DNA from: Lepidodermella squamata
Taxonomy: Eukaryota > Animalia > Gastrotricha
DNA: 64,000 nt
Direction of reading: 5' to 3'
Assembly: GCA_047495785.1 (NCBI GenBank)
Contig: JBLDXI010000043.1
Span: 62,001 to 126,000 of the forward strand
Below are positions 49,425-62,452 of this stretch, piece after piece (the stretch's first letter is position 1; each line of letters opens with the position of its first letter). The notes beneath the pieces were generated by a model. The model saw nothing but the letters and a program-made list of their open reading frames with translations, searched no databases and was not told the origin of the DNA. Made by a program: the position numbers and the translations under genes.

Positions 49425-50328
49425 GCCTATCTACTGGCAGTACATTGAAGAAGTTCAATTATTTATTTGATCATATATTTGGGAAGTGTTATCACGTCTG
49501 ACGGCAGGTGTAAGGTGTAAGGCTGGTGTATAAGGACTCGTTAAGAAAAACGCAACATTGGCGCTATGCGGAAATATATTTTTGGCAATCGATCTGTCCC
49601 GACTAAAGAAAAAGTGAAATGCTTAAAGGGGGTTGTGGATGCGACTGAATCATGAATGGCAGCGAAAGTTTGACGTTAACTTCTGAGGATGCTAGGCGGC
49701 TCGGCGTAGGTTATATGCGTCATTTGCGTAAAATATGCGGCGTAACACTTAGGGACAGAGTTCGCAATGGGGTCATTAGAAATATGTGGGGTTAAGAACA
49801 ATTTACATTTAAACTTGCTAGGCAGCAACTTTGCTGGTTAGGGTACGTCGCTCGCATCGACCCCGGAAGACTGGCAAGCCAGATGCGGTACTGGCAACCG
49901 CCAGATAATACTTGGATGATACCTCGAGGGCGACCAAAATTAAGGTGGATTGATTGCATCAAAAAACATCTGAACGAAGTAGGGATTACAAATTTTGAGG
50001 GGGCCGACGCCCTGGCCCAGGATAGAACTACTTGGAGACAAAAATTCATAGTTATTTTGGTGAAATTGGATTAAGGATGAAGGGTGAGTTTATTAAGGTT
50101 GACGATCAGGATAGGTAGCTTGCTACCGGTCCTCCTCCGACGCTCGGTTCGCTTGGCGTGTACAGAATTTACATCACACCCAGCGAATTGAATACACCGG
50201 AGTGCATTTTTTTCCTTCTTATTTTTTCTTTGTCTCTGTACTTTTACTCAATTGTTATTGTTATGTTATTGTTGATCAATTAATGAAGGAAAAAAGATGG
50301 AATGCAGAAAATGCTATGCTATGCTATG
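49425..50328 (+). mobile_element. 5'-truncated, decayed RTE-type non-LTR retrotransposon
   Basis: YLGSVITSDGRC, LRKICGVTLRDRVRN, LCWLGYVAR, PRGRPKLRWIDCI, AQDRTTWR (RTE ORF C-terminus) with stops and frameshifts; (ATGCT)3 possible tail at 50311-50328. Confidence 0.8.
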
Positions 50329-50399
50329 ATCATCTAGGCAGAATTCAGAAATAAGGACTCGTTAAGAATTAAATATAAAAAATTCATAACACAAATTAC

Positions 50400-51492
50400 C
50401 TCCTCTAGCGAATGTAGCGTTTCATTTAGTTCGTTCCTCAGATGATTCTGATAGTTTATAAAAATTGAAGAAAACGATATTGAGCAGAAGTATTTCTTAT
50501 CAAATTTCTAATTTCACGCATCTGTTCTGCGAGATAGGAGCTTTCATCCAACGCGTCATCCACAACAGGGCCCGTGTAGTAGGTATCACTCATGACTGAT
50601 ATCATGTCAGACCTATCCTTCTGCAGACTGACCACAAGTTTCCCGACAATCAACCTGCGCAACTGCTCGTCTTCGATCTCGTCAATGCGCGGAATAGTTA
50701 GTTGCTCGCTGTAGAGGTGCGAACGTATGCGGTGCTCAGGCGTCCCAGAGTTATCCCCAACCGCCAGCCATGGAATTTCTAGAATAAGCAGTTCGTAAGC
50801 AATAATGCCGAACTTCCAGACGTCTGTCCTGGGATCGTCTAGTTTCCCTCTAACGATGCCATGCTCTTCAGGCGAGAAATAGCGCGGGGTCCCAACAAGG
50901 GTATTAGAAGGAACCCCGTTGGTTCTGGAAAAGGAATCCCTTGAATGAATTTCGTTAATGGTCATCAACAAACCCTGTAGTAGGTCTTGAAAAGCCGAAA
51001 TCGGCAATTTTAGTATCGCGACTGTTGTTTTTCAGCGAAATGTTCTAAGTACATTTGGCAAGAAATTAGAACAAAAATAGGATTGGGCAATCAAGTTATT
51101 ACATCCGGCTTCAAATCGCGATGGACGATTTCCAAATCGTGAAGGTAAGCCAGCGCGAGGCCGATCTGCGTGAGCCATCGTTTGATCTGGTCATAACTGA
51201 AACGCGTGCCTTCGATCTTCTGGTCAAATATAGCTCGTAGCAAATCTCCGTCTTCGCATAACTCGAGCGCAATGTATCGATAATTTGGACCTGGCATGAA
51301 GTAAAATTATAGATTCCTGCCGAGCTGAGTCGAGCTACACTTACAGTCCCAAGAGTCGATGAAAGCGACAATGTTCGGGTGGCTCAGCATTCGAAGCAGA
51401 TTTGGCTCGTTGAGTATTCGCTTCGATGAGTTATCAGTCGCTTGGAGTGACACTCTTTTTATTACCACTTTCTGCGTAAAGCGATCTTTCAT
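50400..51492 (-). pseudogene. Kinase gene C2 (paralog of C1) with no downstream ankyrin exon of its own
   Basis: KVVIKRVS..LNEPN..DSWD | ALELCEDG..HRDLKPD | ADFGFSR..GTPRYFSPE..RTDVWKFG | NHLRNELNETLHSLEE, followed by the LINE. It may be a truncated but expressed gene. Confidence 0.7.
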
Positions 51493-53129
51493 CGTCGCAG
51501 GCCTAAATCTTGATTTGCCGAGACTAAAAATGCAGGTAAGTTCCGCAATAACTGTTGTCACAATTAGTATGTATCACTCGGTTAGACACATAGCTGTCTT
51601 TTCGGGTAATAATTTGCTATCATTTTGGTTTGAGATAAGGAAAAATACTTTATCATGCTCGTGAAATTAAAAGTATTTGTGAAACAAATAAGCAGTTTCT
51701 TTTCCTTCAAGGGTTTGCCATTTAGTGACCTCGTCCCTCCGTCATTTCATAAACATGAAACCAATATAAACTGTGAAAAATTGAGCGAAAAAGTGATTTA
51801 AAAAAAAGACGTGATACAGCTATTCGGTAAGCCGTTTCGATCTCACTTTAACATTTCCAAATACGCAGTCACTGAGCTCTCTTTCTTGGTGGAATGGTAC
51901 CACTAAGAATGGCCTGGAATGCCTTTTCCATCGTAATTTACATTGGCTTCATGTAGAGAAAGGAATTTCCTTTCCTATATTTGCACAAGGCACGTTTTCT
52001 CTTACGGTATGTCAAATAAAGAGAAATATTGTAACATCAGGAAATGAAAAATCATGTGTTGATTGAAGGCCGAATTTCCGGCAATTGAGACATGCGCAAA
52101 GGATAAGTGTTCGTACGTTTTCTTTAGGCCAGGTCACACCTCGTTAAAACCGCGTTAGTTTAAAGACATTTATCTTTCGCAATTCATATTACTTTGAGGT
52201 GCTTGCCGGCCTATTTTCGGGCTGAAGAGACGTCACTTGACTTTTCAATCTGCTCCTTCAAGTGAGTATTTTTAATTTCTTGTTTCTTGTTACGATTGAT
52301 AACCACGTGAAAAGAAAGCGGCTCCATTAGCCTCGAAAAAATTGGTTTTTTTCTTGTCGTGCCATTGATACAAGAATATTGCGCGCAAAAAACACGTGCC
52401 CAACAACCGAAGCTCATTGACGGCATGTTTACCAAATTGAGCCTACGCAACGAAGCCGAAATAATTGCAGAAAATAGCATCGCTAAAAAACAAGAACTTG
52501 GCATTGAAAACGACCATCATTTGGCTTCGTTTTTTACGACTTATTCAATAGACTCTTGGAGGGGGTAATAGCCCGCCTTTCAAGTTAATTTTATCGGTTG
52601 CCTGTCAATAGCTGTTTTGTTCCAAGACCCACCCCACCAATATACCCTACCATCGAAATTATTAGTCGTCCCACTGTATTATTGACTTGGACCTTGATCC
52701 TTATTTCAATAAACCGTGTTCCTAGTTGTTCGCATCATAAAAATTTGTTTGCGATCCAGGATGTTTCCAGCTTTCAAGCTCAACCTTATCCTTTCTTCAT
52801 CGCTACAACAGAAACGAATTGCCCAGTCTCTTTAACATTTACCGAAGGCTATTTATCAAAAAATTACCGATTCGATAGAAGGATTTGATGTAGGAAAGTA
52901 CTCGTTTAGGCTCGTAAAGAAGGAGGAATCCTCAATATTGGGAATCTAATGTTTTAGCCTCAACTTCATTGCTGAAACCCCAAATTAAAAATTTGAAATA
53001 TCATATCAAGCTCTATATTTTTCAAACTTCATCTTGTCTTAGTCAACAAATCACTGTTGCTATTCTTGATCGAACTCTCGGTGCGAAACTCCCGTGATTC
53101 GTTGTATAAATCACTAGCTCAATCTAAAA

Positions 53130-53756
53130 ATGAGTGAGGTAAGTTTGGACCTTTCCCGAATCTACTATAAACTGGAATTTCTTTAGTCCCCAGCTCAACC
53201 TCCATCGGAATCTCAGCCGCAGCAGCAGCAGCAAACCCCACAGAAGACTCCATTAGCTCCGCAGTCAAGCAATCAAGTCGGCGTCACCCTGGACTTCACA
53301 ATCGTCTCGGGAACGGACGAAATCGAAATCGACTTCACGCCGATTCTACAAGACGACAACGTCAGCCGGGCCATTTTATTCCTAATCCACCAGAACGGGT
53401 CGAAATTCTTCAAAATCGGAACATCCCTCGGCGAGATAAAGGAGAAATTCTCGTGCTACCAAACGCATAATGCAACGCTTATCCGAATTAAGCGGCTTGT
53501 CCTCTTCAAAAAGGTGACGAGCGACACGAAGCTGCAGCGTCGCAATTCGTTCGTGCACCAGACTGATATCTGCGACGTTGTTCTACAGGACAAGCGGGCG
53601 AAGCGTAATCGCCCGTTGAAGGGCGAGGCGCTACACGAGTGGTTTTCGTGGGACGGCGAGGCAAAGGCGTTGATGGAGATTTTTGATGCGCAGGCCAAGA
53701 CGTTGCGTAATGTTTACCAGATTTTGCCGAATGTCACGCTGAAGCAGGTCAAGTGA
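53130..53756 (+). CDS. T5orf172/MUG113-like (GIY-YIG superfamily) domain protein; exons 53130-53138, 53187-53756
   Basis: MSE|SPAQPP..QQQQQ..AILFLIHQNGSKFFKIGTS..IKEKFSCYQTHN..GEALHEWF; 48-nt phase-0 GT-AG intron; TATAAA at 53105; AATAAA at ~53925. Confidence 0.65.
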
Positions 53757-56700
53757 TGAAGCATTATTGGTCGATTGGACGGGCAGATTTTGGTCTGCTG
53801 CGACGTTGATACCTCAATTGTAGGCGGAGAGAGAGACAACCCGGTTTTAGGACCCTAATGATACATCCCATACTATGCGCTTCTATTGTTTTTGTAATGT
53901 CATCCCTATGCTGTACTGTGAAAGAAATAAAATCGTATTGACTGTTTTCAAGTGAAAAGTGGCATATGGCGAGTTTGTATAATTTCCCAGAAAATCTCAG
54001 AAGGGAATTTATGGATTCCATGATGTTCCTAATTAATGTTTCTTCTAGGTTTCAAATGGGTCTTCCTTTCAACGGAACACGGTGAGCGTACACAAATATG
54101 CCGTAGTAGAACCAGATTTGCCTGTTAGCGGAACCAAGTGACTCTCAGCATCGGGTAAGGTTCTGCGAAAAGCAAATTTGGTTCCGCTACTGTAAATTTT
54201 GAACCGCTAAAAGATACTAAGATTGTTACATTTCAGACCTCTAGGATTCTCGATGCTCCCTGACTCCTGAAAGACGGGAAGACTTTTCGTTGAATTGGAG
54301 ACGCTTGATCGATTCCGATGATAATCCTGAATGCTTTCCTGAATGCGTCTCCATTCAGTGGCCGATGCAAAAGGGCTTTATGCTTGATTAGTGCTCAAGT
54401 TCCATCTAGCTAGGCTCCGCAGTTTTTGCCCTAGTTTTAGCCCAGACAAACATTGTTGCATCTATAAAAGACAAACATTTGTGCATCTAGGGACACAACA
54501 TTGTCCACGTATATACCCACACATTAATTCGCCTAAATAAATCGATTCCCATAAGATTTCCATTTTCCAATGCCACTTTATTGCCCGCCCCAGTTTTATG
54601 ACTTGGAGGCGTTAAACACCGATTGCGATCGTGGAGTGATTCACCCGCCTTATCGCCCCCAGCAAAGCGCACTCGAGCGAAACATAGACGTGCGAAGAAA
54701 TTTCCTAAAATATGACCATCAAGTTAAGGGCTAGGGTACGTTTTTCGTCCTAAAATACTGGAGACGATCGGCCTCAGTTGTTTTCCGTCACCAAGATTGT
54801 TTGTTGTCTCAATTTGCGTGCATTTTCATTCGATATGAGATTAACCTCAATGTGGACATCTTTTTCGCGAAGATCACGCCATTTTCATCCAATCTATATG
54901 AACTCAGTGAGCCCTCATGATCTTGAACCTGAAAAGCTTTCTTATTCTTGAAAGCCGCTCGAAAATAGCACTCAGGTGTGACTTAGGATGACGTCACGTG
55001 ACCTTATTTTCATATTATTGTATTTTCTCCCTATTCTTAATTTACAAAAATATTTCTTCGAGTTTTTCATTATGAAAATTAATGAAAAATTTCACAAAAT
55101 TTCAGAAATTCAAACATTCAGTACAACCATTGTTTTCCGGAAAAATCATCACTCATCACTCATCAGCTATGCGCTTAGCTTCTCTAAGTGATCAAGTGCA
55201 GTGAATCACAAGTGCGTTGAATTTTTTCACTCCGCGGCAATCTCATATGATCGATTAGTACCGAATTTCAAGTCGCCCATCTCGCCATAGCAGAGGCCAT
55301 CGCGTTAATGCAAAAATCGATAATTACCCAAGTCCACTTTTTACTCGCCGGCAGACAGTATATATTATTTTTTCGACTCATCTCGCAGAGTAGGCGAGAA
55401 AAAATTCCAATTTTTTTATTAAAAAAAAATAACTTTAATCGCTGAGCGAATTCGCACCGCACCACCCCAGGCCAGCGTAATTTACATTTTTCATCAATTT
55501 TTTTTTCTTACGTTGGCGTTGCAAATAAACAATTATTTAGGCGCATATACCAATTTCGCAGTGAGGCCGCGATCGCAAATTTCCGCCCATTCTTCGCTTG
55601 CACTTTATGCCACGTGGATTAGTACGACATGTTTAATCCCCTTTTTTGCATCGAAAAAGTTGTGAATCGGTCGGAAATTGGTTTTTTCGGCTTCGTTCGC
55701 ACCGCGGCCAGATTATTTTGTCTTAAATCGTAACGGCGGCTGCTAATCCTAAGTAAACCCCCATTTCCTATATACCGCGCCTAAGATTATGCTGAAATTG
55801 AATAAACAAGGCCATTTTTTGCAATTTGGTATAGAAAAATAGCCGACAAAGGTAATCACTTTTTTGATCTTGGACACGATTCAAAAACGGATAAAATTTG
55901 ATCATTCATTTTCGGGATTTTTTTCTGATCATGATTTCTAGGATTTTTCCCCTTTCTACGGAGTAGGAAAATTGATTTAAAATTTTAAAATTTTATATTT
56001 TCGAATTCAAAATTCATGTGGACCCTCCTCCTTGAATTTTTTCAAATAATTACCTTCATTTACCCTCGATTTACGATTTTTTCTAAAAATGCTTTGAATC
56101 GAAGTCCCGCCACGATGTCTAGTTTTTCTATGTATTGGGAAAATTCCTGAAAATCTGAAATTCTATTTAGTGCTCAATTAAACGGTTCCGCTTCCGGTCC
56201 GGTTTTTCCCGTCAAAACGTGATAAATTTTTAATATGTTAATATTTTCTGAGCATAACAGCAATTCCTGATTATAATATTGAATAATCGGTCAAAATTCC
56301 CTATCCCTTATTTTGGACATTTTGCCACTGGTAAAAAGTCACGTTTAGCCCTGTTTGCCTTTAAGAATTAAGCTGACAGTATCTCAAAACTTGAGACTTT
56401 AAACTTCGCAAAGAAAAGTTCTTTGCGTAGGCAAAACGAGCACGTTTCGCGCAGGCGCTCACTCGTGCGCAAAATGCGACGCTAATATTATACGGCTCGC
56501 ACGTCATATTATAATCGCGCAATCCGCCTTATATTATACGCACTGCGATTTGCACTGCCGCCGACTGACTGACCGATGGCCATCGCAACAGCCGGAAATG
56601 GCCGGCTCCGGCAAATCGCATCCGGGCGTCGTTCCATTCACTGAGTAATCAGTCGATTTTTTTTTGATATAAGCGCGGCTAGTAATTTTTTTCTATTTCA

Positions 56701-59700
56701 TCCCCCGTATAAGCATATATTTGCTTGACAAAACAAACGTTTTTGCTACCCACGCGGCTAATAATAAATCGAGTATGATTGCTGATAGCTGAATAATTAC
56801 ACTGAACTGGTCTAATTTTACTGCGAATACAGGGCGTGTAAATAATCGGAAAAAATGCCGGCTGCTATAATTGGCCACATTAACACCACGCCTAATCATT
56901 GAAGTGTGAAATTTTCAAAATTTCAATTTCACAAATTTGAACTCCTTATCATATTTTTCAAAAAATTTGTATAAACAAGTAGCTCAAAATAAATTCTTCA
57001 ACAATTTAATTATCCCCTCCTGAGCCTAATAAAGTGGGCCATTCATTGTAGGCGGAAACTAGGTTTCCATTCAATTATATTGACCACAAAAAATGCGAGA
57101 TGGCCGATTTTACACACTTGCGCCGCCGCGTAATCTTGAAAAGCAGCGCTCGAAAAAGTTAATTTTCTCCTCTGCCTTCATCAAATCCGCCCGATTTGTT
57201 CGTTGTCTGTCTGTCACCCATTGTTATCGTTATCATGCAGGCAGTCATTACAAGCGATGATCCAATTGAAAACACCGCCCGCGCTGCGACGCGGCAAAAA
57301 GACAACTCGCGTTTTTTTATTGCATTTCCTCGCGGGATTATATGTAAATAAATAAAACGCGGATAAATATGATAATAATAACAAGCAACAAAGCCTTATA
57401 ATAATTTAGTGTCTGAAACGATTATAGGCCGGCTTATATGTATATAGCATCACGTAAAGCTTGTATTGAAAATTTAAAAATGTCCATTTACGCTATATAT
57501 TTTATCCGATTTTAGGTCATCCTTGTATGGACAATTATCGAATATTCTCATATTTATCCTAATTTTGCGTAGTTTTTTCAAATTTATCCTTATTGTTATA
57601 CTTTCAGCCTATCCTGATTTCCTGCTATTTTTTAAATTTTTTCAAATTGTTCCTGATTTTTATATAATTTTGAAAAATTCTCAGAAATTAAGTTTCTATC
57701 ATTTTTTCGAATTCTCAAGTTCAAGTAAATTTTTTAGTTATTTTCGTCATTTTTTTGGCTGTTTTTATTGACTATCCAGGTTAAATAATTCCGAAAAATC
57801 TCATAAAACAGATGTTATAGCGAGATTCTTGACGTAAGTAGGTATATTATTATATTATTTAGCCACTCGTGCCTAGTTAATTTTCGCCGAGTGTAGCCGG
57901 CTTTGCTAGAGAGCCGGCAAACACTCTCGCGGCGTGTTTACCCGAGTCTCAATTTCGTTCTAATTAGGCTCATTACACATTTGTTTCGCGGCAAAAGTAC
58001 ATTATTCGCTATCACAACCGCCGCCGGGTTTGTTTTCGATATCATAGCGACGAACATGAAAATTTTTCGAAAAGCCCCGCCCGGCCAGCCTAATCTTCGC
58101 CATCGATAGCCGTGACGTGTGTTTTTAGGCTTTCACGATTGATGGCCGGCTGTTTTATCGAGTGCGATTTTATTTATTATAATATTTTCAATCAGCACCT
58201 GTATAGCAGTAGTAGGCATTATTATTTTTGAGCCTCGCGCGCGCAGGTAATATTTGATTTCATTTTCACGCGCACGCGCGCAATCGGGTAAACACGCCAC
58301 TTGTTATAATATTGCGAGCGTGAAAATATTATCAACCTCGGCCTTTATCGACACACGGGGATAATCCTTCAATATAGCCGGCTAAAAATATTTTTTTTTT
58401 CAATTTTCAAAATTTTATTTTATTTTCAATTAAAAATCAGAATTTTTTTCGCCGTTACACTTTTTCATTTTATTTCAATTTTTCTATCGCTGAAAAAATT
58501 GTCAGGGTTCGCCGGATGGCGTGCTTTTTTCGCTGAGGCTTTGACGCCGTTCGGACACGGTCGGCTGGCTGCGCGCTTCGAATTTCGCGCACGTATTGTT
58601 TTGCGAAATGCGTGTTCGCGCTACGCCAGGAAATGCGCATCGCTCCATAGTGCGGAAGAAAGTATGTAGGAAATTGAAAACTCGCAGTCCATTAGTACTC
58701 AAGCAGTAACAATCTTGTTGAAAAAAAATTGAAATAATATGCTCCCCACTCAACGTTGAGTATGAAATGTATTCCTAGTTTCGGATAGTGGAAAATTTCG
58801 AACAACCTCGGTCACTCAACATTTCGTCATAAAATTAACCTTGACATTTTTACATTTTTGATATTTTCTTAAATGAACAATCTAAAAAAATATTTTAAAA
58901 TTTTTTAAAATTTTTGGGATTTTTAAAAATTTATTATTAAATTTAGTTTACATTTGATTTGATTAATTTTGACATTGGCTTGTCCGCGAAATAAGCGTGT
59001 CGCAATTTTGAGTGACAGGCGATCAGTCAGATTCGCCATCGATTTGTTTATTGTCCACTCTCGCGTGTCAATATTCGCTTAAATATTACCCGGCTACGCT
59101 TGGCTGGCCGCGCCGCGAAGGCGAGGCGCATTTTATAGGCATTTTATTCACATCTTTCCCACTTCACTAGTCACCAAGACGCAGCGAAATCACTGAACCG
59201 TGAAAAAGTCGTTGTACTCGAATTTTCCTCGGAATTTTTTTCCTCAGGTGTTTTTTTCACTGGGTTCATGCACTCTCGTTTTTTCGTCGCAGCTCTCACG
59301 CTATTCGTCCATTAGTTAATGCCGTCCCTTTTTTTCTGGCTTTCCGCGACAGGCCATTAGCGAAAAATCTCGATACCCGGCCAACCGTGATGAACTCGAA
59401 AATGAAATTATGCGATAATTATTCGAAAGCCGTGTAATTAAGATCTTGACCCGAAAATTCCTCCCATAAAAATCCTTTATTTGGCTTATTTTCAAAAATA
59501 TTTTTCATATATCAAGAATTTTCCTAACAATTCTGGGATTTTTCAATTTTCGATATTTAGGCCCAATTTATTGTAAATATTCGAATTGTAAATTTTCCAA
59601 TTTGTCCTGTTTATTACCCTAAACCTCTGCTTATTTTTTGGCAATATAAATATCGCGTAGTTCGATCTGCGTTAAAGCCTTCATTCATATCGATAATGAT

Positions 59701-60268
59701 TAAGTAGTCATTACGTTGATGTTAATTAAGCTGAGATGCGGCTAATTTGCACACGTGAATCGCGCGCGGCGTAAGGTGATACAAAAAACGCGAGGGCGTG
59801 ACGTAGTTAACGCTAGTACTACCTACTACCTGTGACAGCTATCTCACGCCCTAGCGCTTCTTAATTCAGAGTCCAACCGCCACGTCTTATTACGCCGTGT
59901 TCAAAATTGAAATGACAGAAAGACAACCCGCTGGCTATAGATCCTGGGCACGATGTCACCACGTTTTAAATGAAATTTTCTAAATTTTCTGATTCACGCA
60001 TTTTAGGGGTTGATTAAACCTGGGGAATACTTCTAAAAATTAACACGCTGTTCCAAAAATTACCATAATATACCTGTGAATCACTCTTTCAGACCTGTAT
60101 AAAAGTTCTTTTCTTTTCAAAATTCTTTTTCAAAAATCCTTCGATTTTTTATAGAATTTTTCTTTAATTGTGTGATTTTAAAATTTAAAATGTTGAAAGA
60201 CTTGTGTAAATTGTGTTAATTAAAAAAACATTTTCATGTTTTATAGGAATTTTTTAATATACTTCAAG

Positions 60269-62452
60269 ATGGCATTCTGTATGGGGCAGTGCGTTAAGCT
60301 GTACGGAAAGTGCGAAGAGTGCGTAATGAAGCGCATCGGCAAGTACAACAAAGACCCATCCGGGCGGAAATCAGGCGGCCCAGGCGATCAAATGGTTGTT
60401 ATCACGCACCAACCGATCGGCAACCGGCCTCGTCTCATCTCAGACCACGACCTTCACGCCTCAGACTCGCCCGGCGCCCCAACAGCCACCCTCAGACAGC
60501 AGCACCACGACCGGGAGAGCAGGCAGAAAATGTCATCGAACGCCCCGGATTATAGCAGATATCGGAAATCAGCTCTGGCGGCGTCGCTGAGGCGGAAGAA
60601 TCGGGCTCAGGGCGAAGCGGCGGACGACTCGGGCGATGAGGATGACGTGTGTAGTCCGATGTTGGCTACGAAACAAGAACAAGTCCAGCCGACCATGTCG
60701 AACGCGTCCGGAACCAGCAGCGGCGTGCAAATTCCAGCGAAACAACAACGAACTTCGGCTACATCCCAAAATTCAGATGGTAAATTTCAAATTTTCTTCA
60801 TTTTTTAATGCATCTTTCCAATTTTATAAAAAATAAAAAAGTTAATTTTTTGAAAAATTAGGAAAAATTGTAGAAATTGAAAAAAATTGGAAAATTCAGG
60901 AAAATACTAAAAATTCAATCGCTTCAACTCTTGAATTCTAGAAAAAAATTAGGAAATCATTAATAATTTTTCGATTTTCGAATATGTTCCAAGAGATCTG
61001 GACATTTTCAAAATTTAAATTCGAATTTATTTTCCTTAATAATCTCCTATTTTTGCTTCCTCACGATTTTGTGAATTTCTCAAAAAAATTCACAAATTTT
61101 TAGGAATTTCTTAGCAAAATCCTTGCAAAGAACTGTCCGTAAACATCCGTCCCATTTTACATTGTTCCGAGAGAAAAAAATCAAGTGCACTCTATTTACG
61201 AGTCAATTTTTCCACTTAACGCTTCGATTTGTGGTCACTCAACTAGGGCTTTCATCGATTTTCAGTAAATCAAGTCCATTACAACTAGAAAAAAACAAGC
61301 TGGGAAATATAAATTCAGTGCTTTTCACACTGCAAAATTTAGCACATTTCGCCCGAAAAAATGCGCTTGTCGCTGACTTGTTTCGATTTTTTTGAATCTC
61401 TAGTCTCCGCAACGGGCCAGTCGCCTGCCCGCGGCCGCAGCGCGTCGACGTCATCGCGGGACGACGTCGCAGCAGCCGGGTTGAAACCCATCGCCCAGAG
61501 CGGCAGTTCAAACGACTTCACAACGTTCGACAACCCGAGCGGCGGCGACTTTGACTATTGCCAATCGCTGCGATTCGCCATGCTGTACCAGCCAGGCAAT
61601 TCTCGCCTCCAAGTCACCGTTAAATCCTTCTGCATCCTACCGCCGCATCTAACAGCTGGCTGTTACGTTGTAGTCACCCTATTAGGAAATGACGATAAGC
61701 TCATCTCCACGCATAAAACTACGATTAAGCAGAAGACGAAGATCCCGGAGTGGGAGGAGACGTTCGTCCTAGACTCAGTGCCTCGGCCTAACGTTGAGGG
61801 CGAGACAATGGTTAGGCTGGACGTCGTCGCCTTCGACCAATTCAGCCGCGAGACGTGCATCGGCCGGCTTAAGGTGGACGTTGCCTGCTTGAAAGACTGC
61901 GTTAGCCAGGAGTTTTTCCGGACAATCGACGAGGAGAAGCAGCAATCGCTGGATCCGCAGCTCATCGAATCTTCCCTACTCGTCGGGCTGTTCTACCACC
62001 ATACGATGCATACCCTAGTTTTGGACATGATTAAAGCGAAGGATCTAGCGACTGTTGCGTCGCAACTGACGCAGATGAGCGCACCCGCTGGGCAGCCGCA
62101 GAACACCCTGAAGCACGTGACGTACTTCGTAAGGGCGCGGATCTATGAATCGAACGCCCTGATCAAGGAGAAACGGACCTCTGAGCGGAAGGTGACTGAG
62201 GAGGTCCTGAATGAGTCGCTGACCTTCAATCTAGAACGGCGGAATATTCGGAATATAACCGCGGAGTTTACGCTGTTTGTAAAGACTAGGAAGGAGGAGC
62301 GGCAGTTGGGGTGGTTCAGCCTGGGCGCGACTTCGAGCGGCCAGACGGAGAAGGAGCATTGGGCTAACATGTTGAGGTCCCACGCGTCGCCGGTCGTGCA
62401 GTGGCTTCACTTTAAACAACCCGCGTCTCCGAACTCACCAATGCTTGAATAA
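60269..62452 (+). CDS. Synaptotagmin-14/16-like tandem C2-domain protein; exons 60269-60779, 61404-62452
   Basis: C2A (LRFAMLY..HKTTIK..PEWEETF..FDQFSRETCIG) and C2B ending LGWFSLGATSSGQTEKEHWANM..VVQW, resembling the SYT14/SYT16 C-terminus; phase-1 splice in frame; Cys-rich N-terminus and no TM seen. Confidence 0.82.

Noticed and set aside
54000-60200. Short ORFs and small inverted repeats (54100-54195, 54293-54355) upstream of the SYT gene
   Set aside because: Low-complexity or F/I/K-rich translations without motifs; treated as non-coding or regulatory DNA with minor repeat debris.
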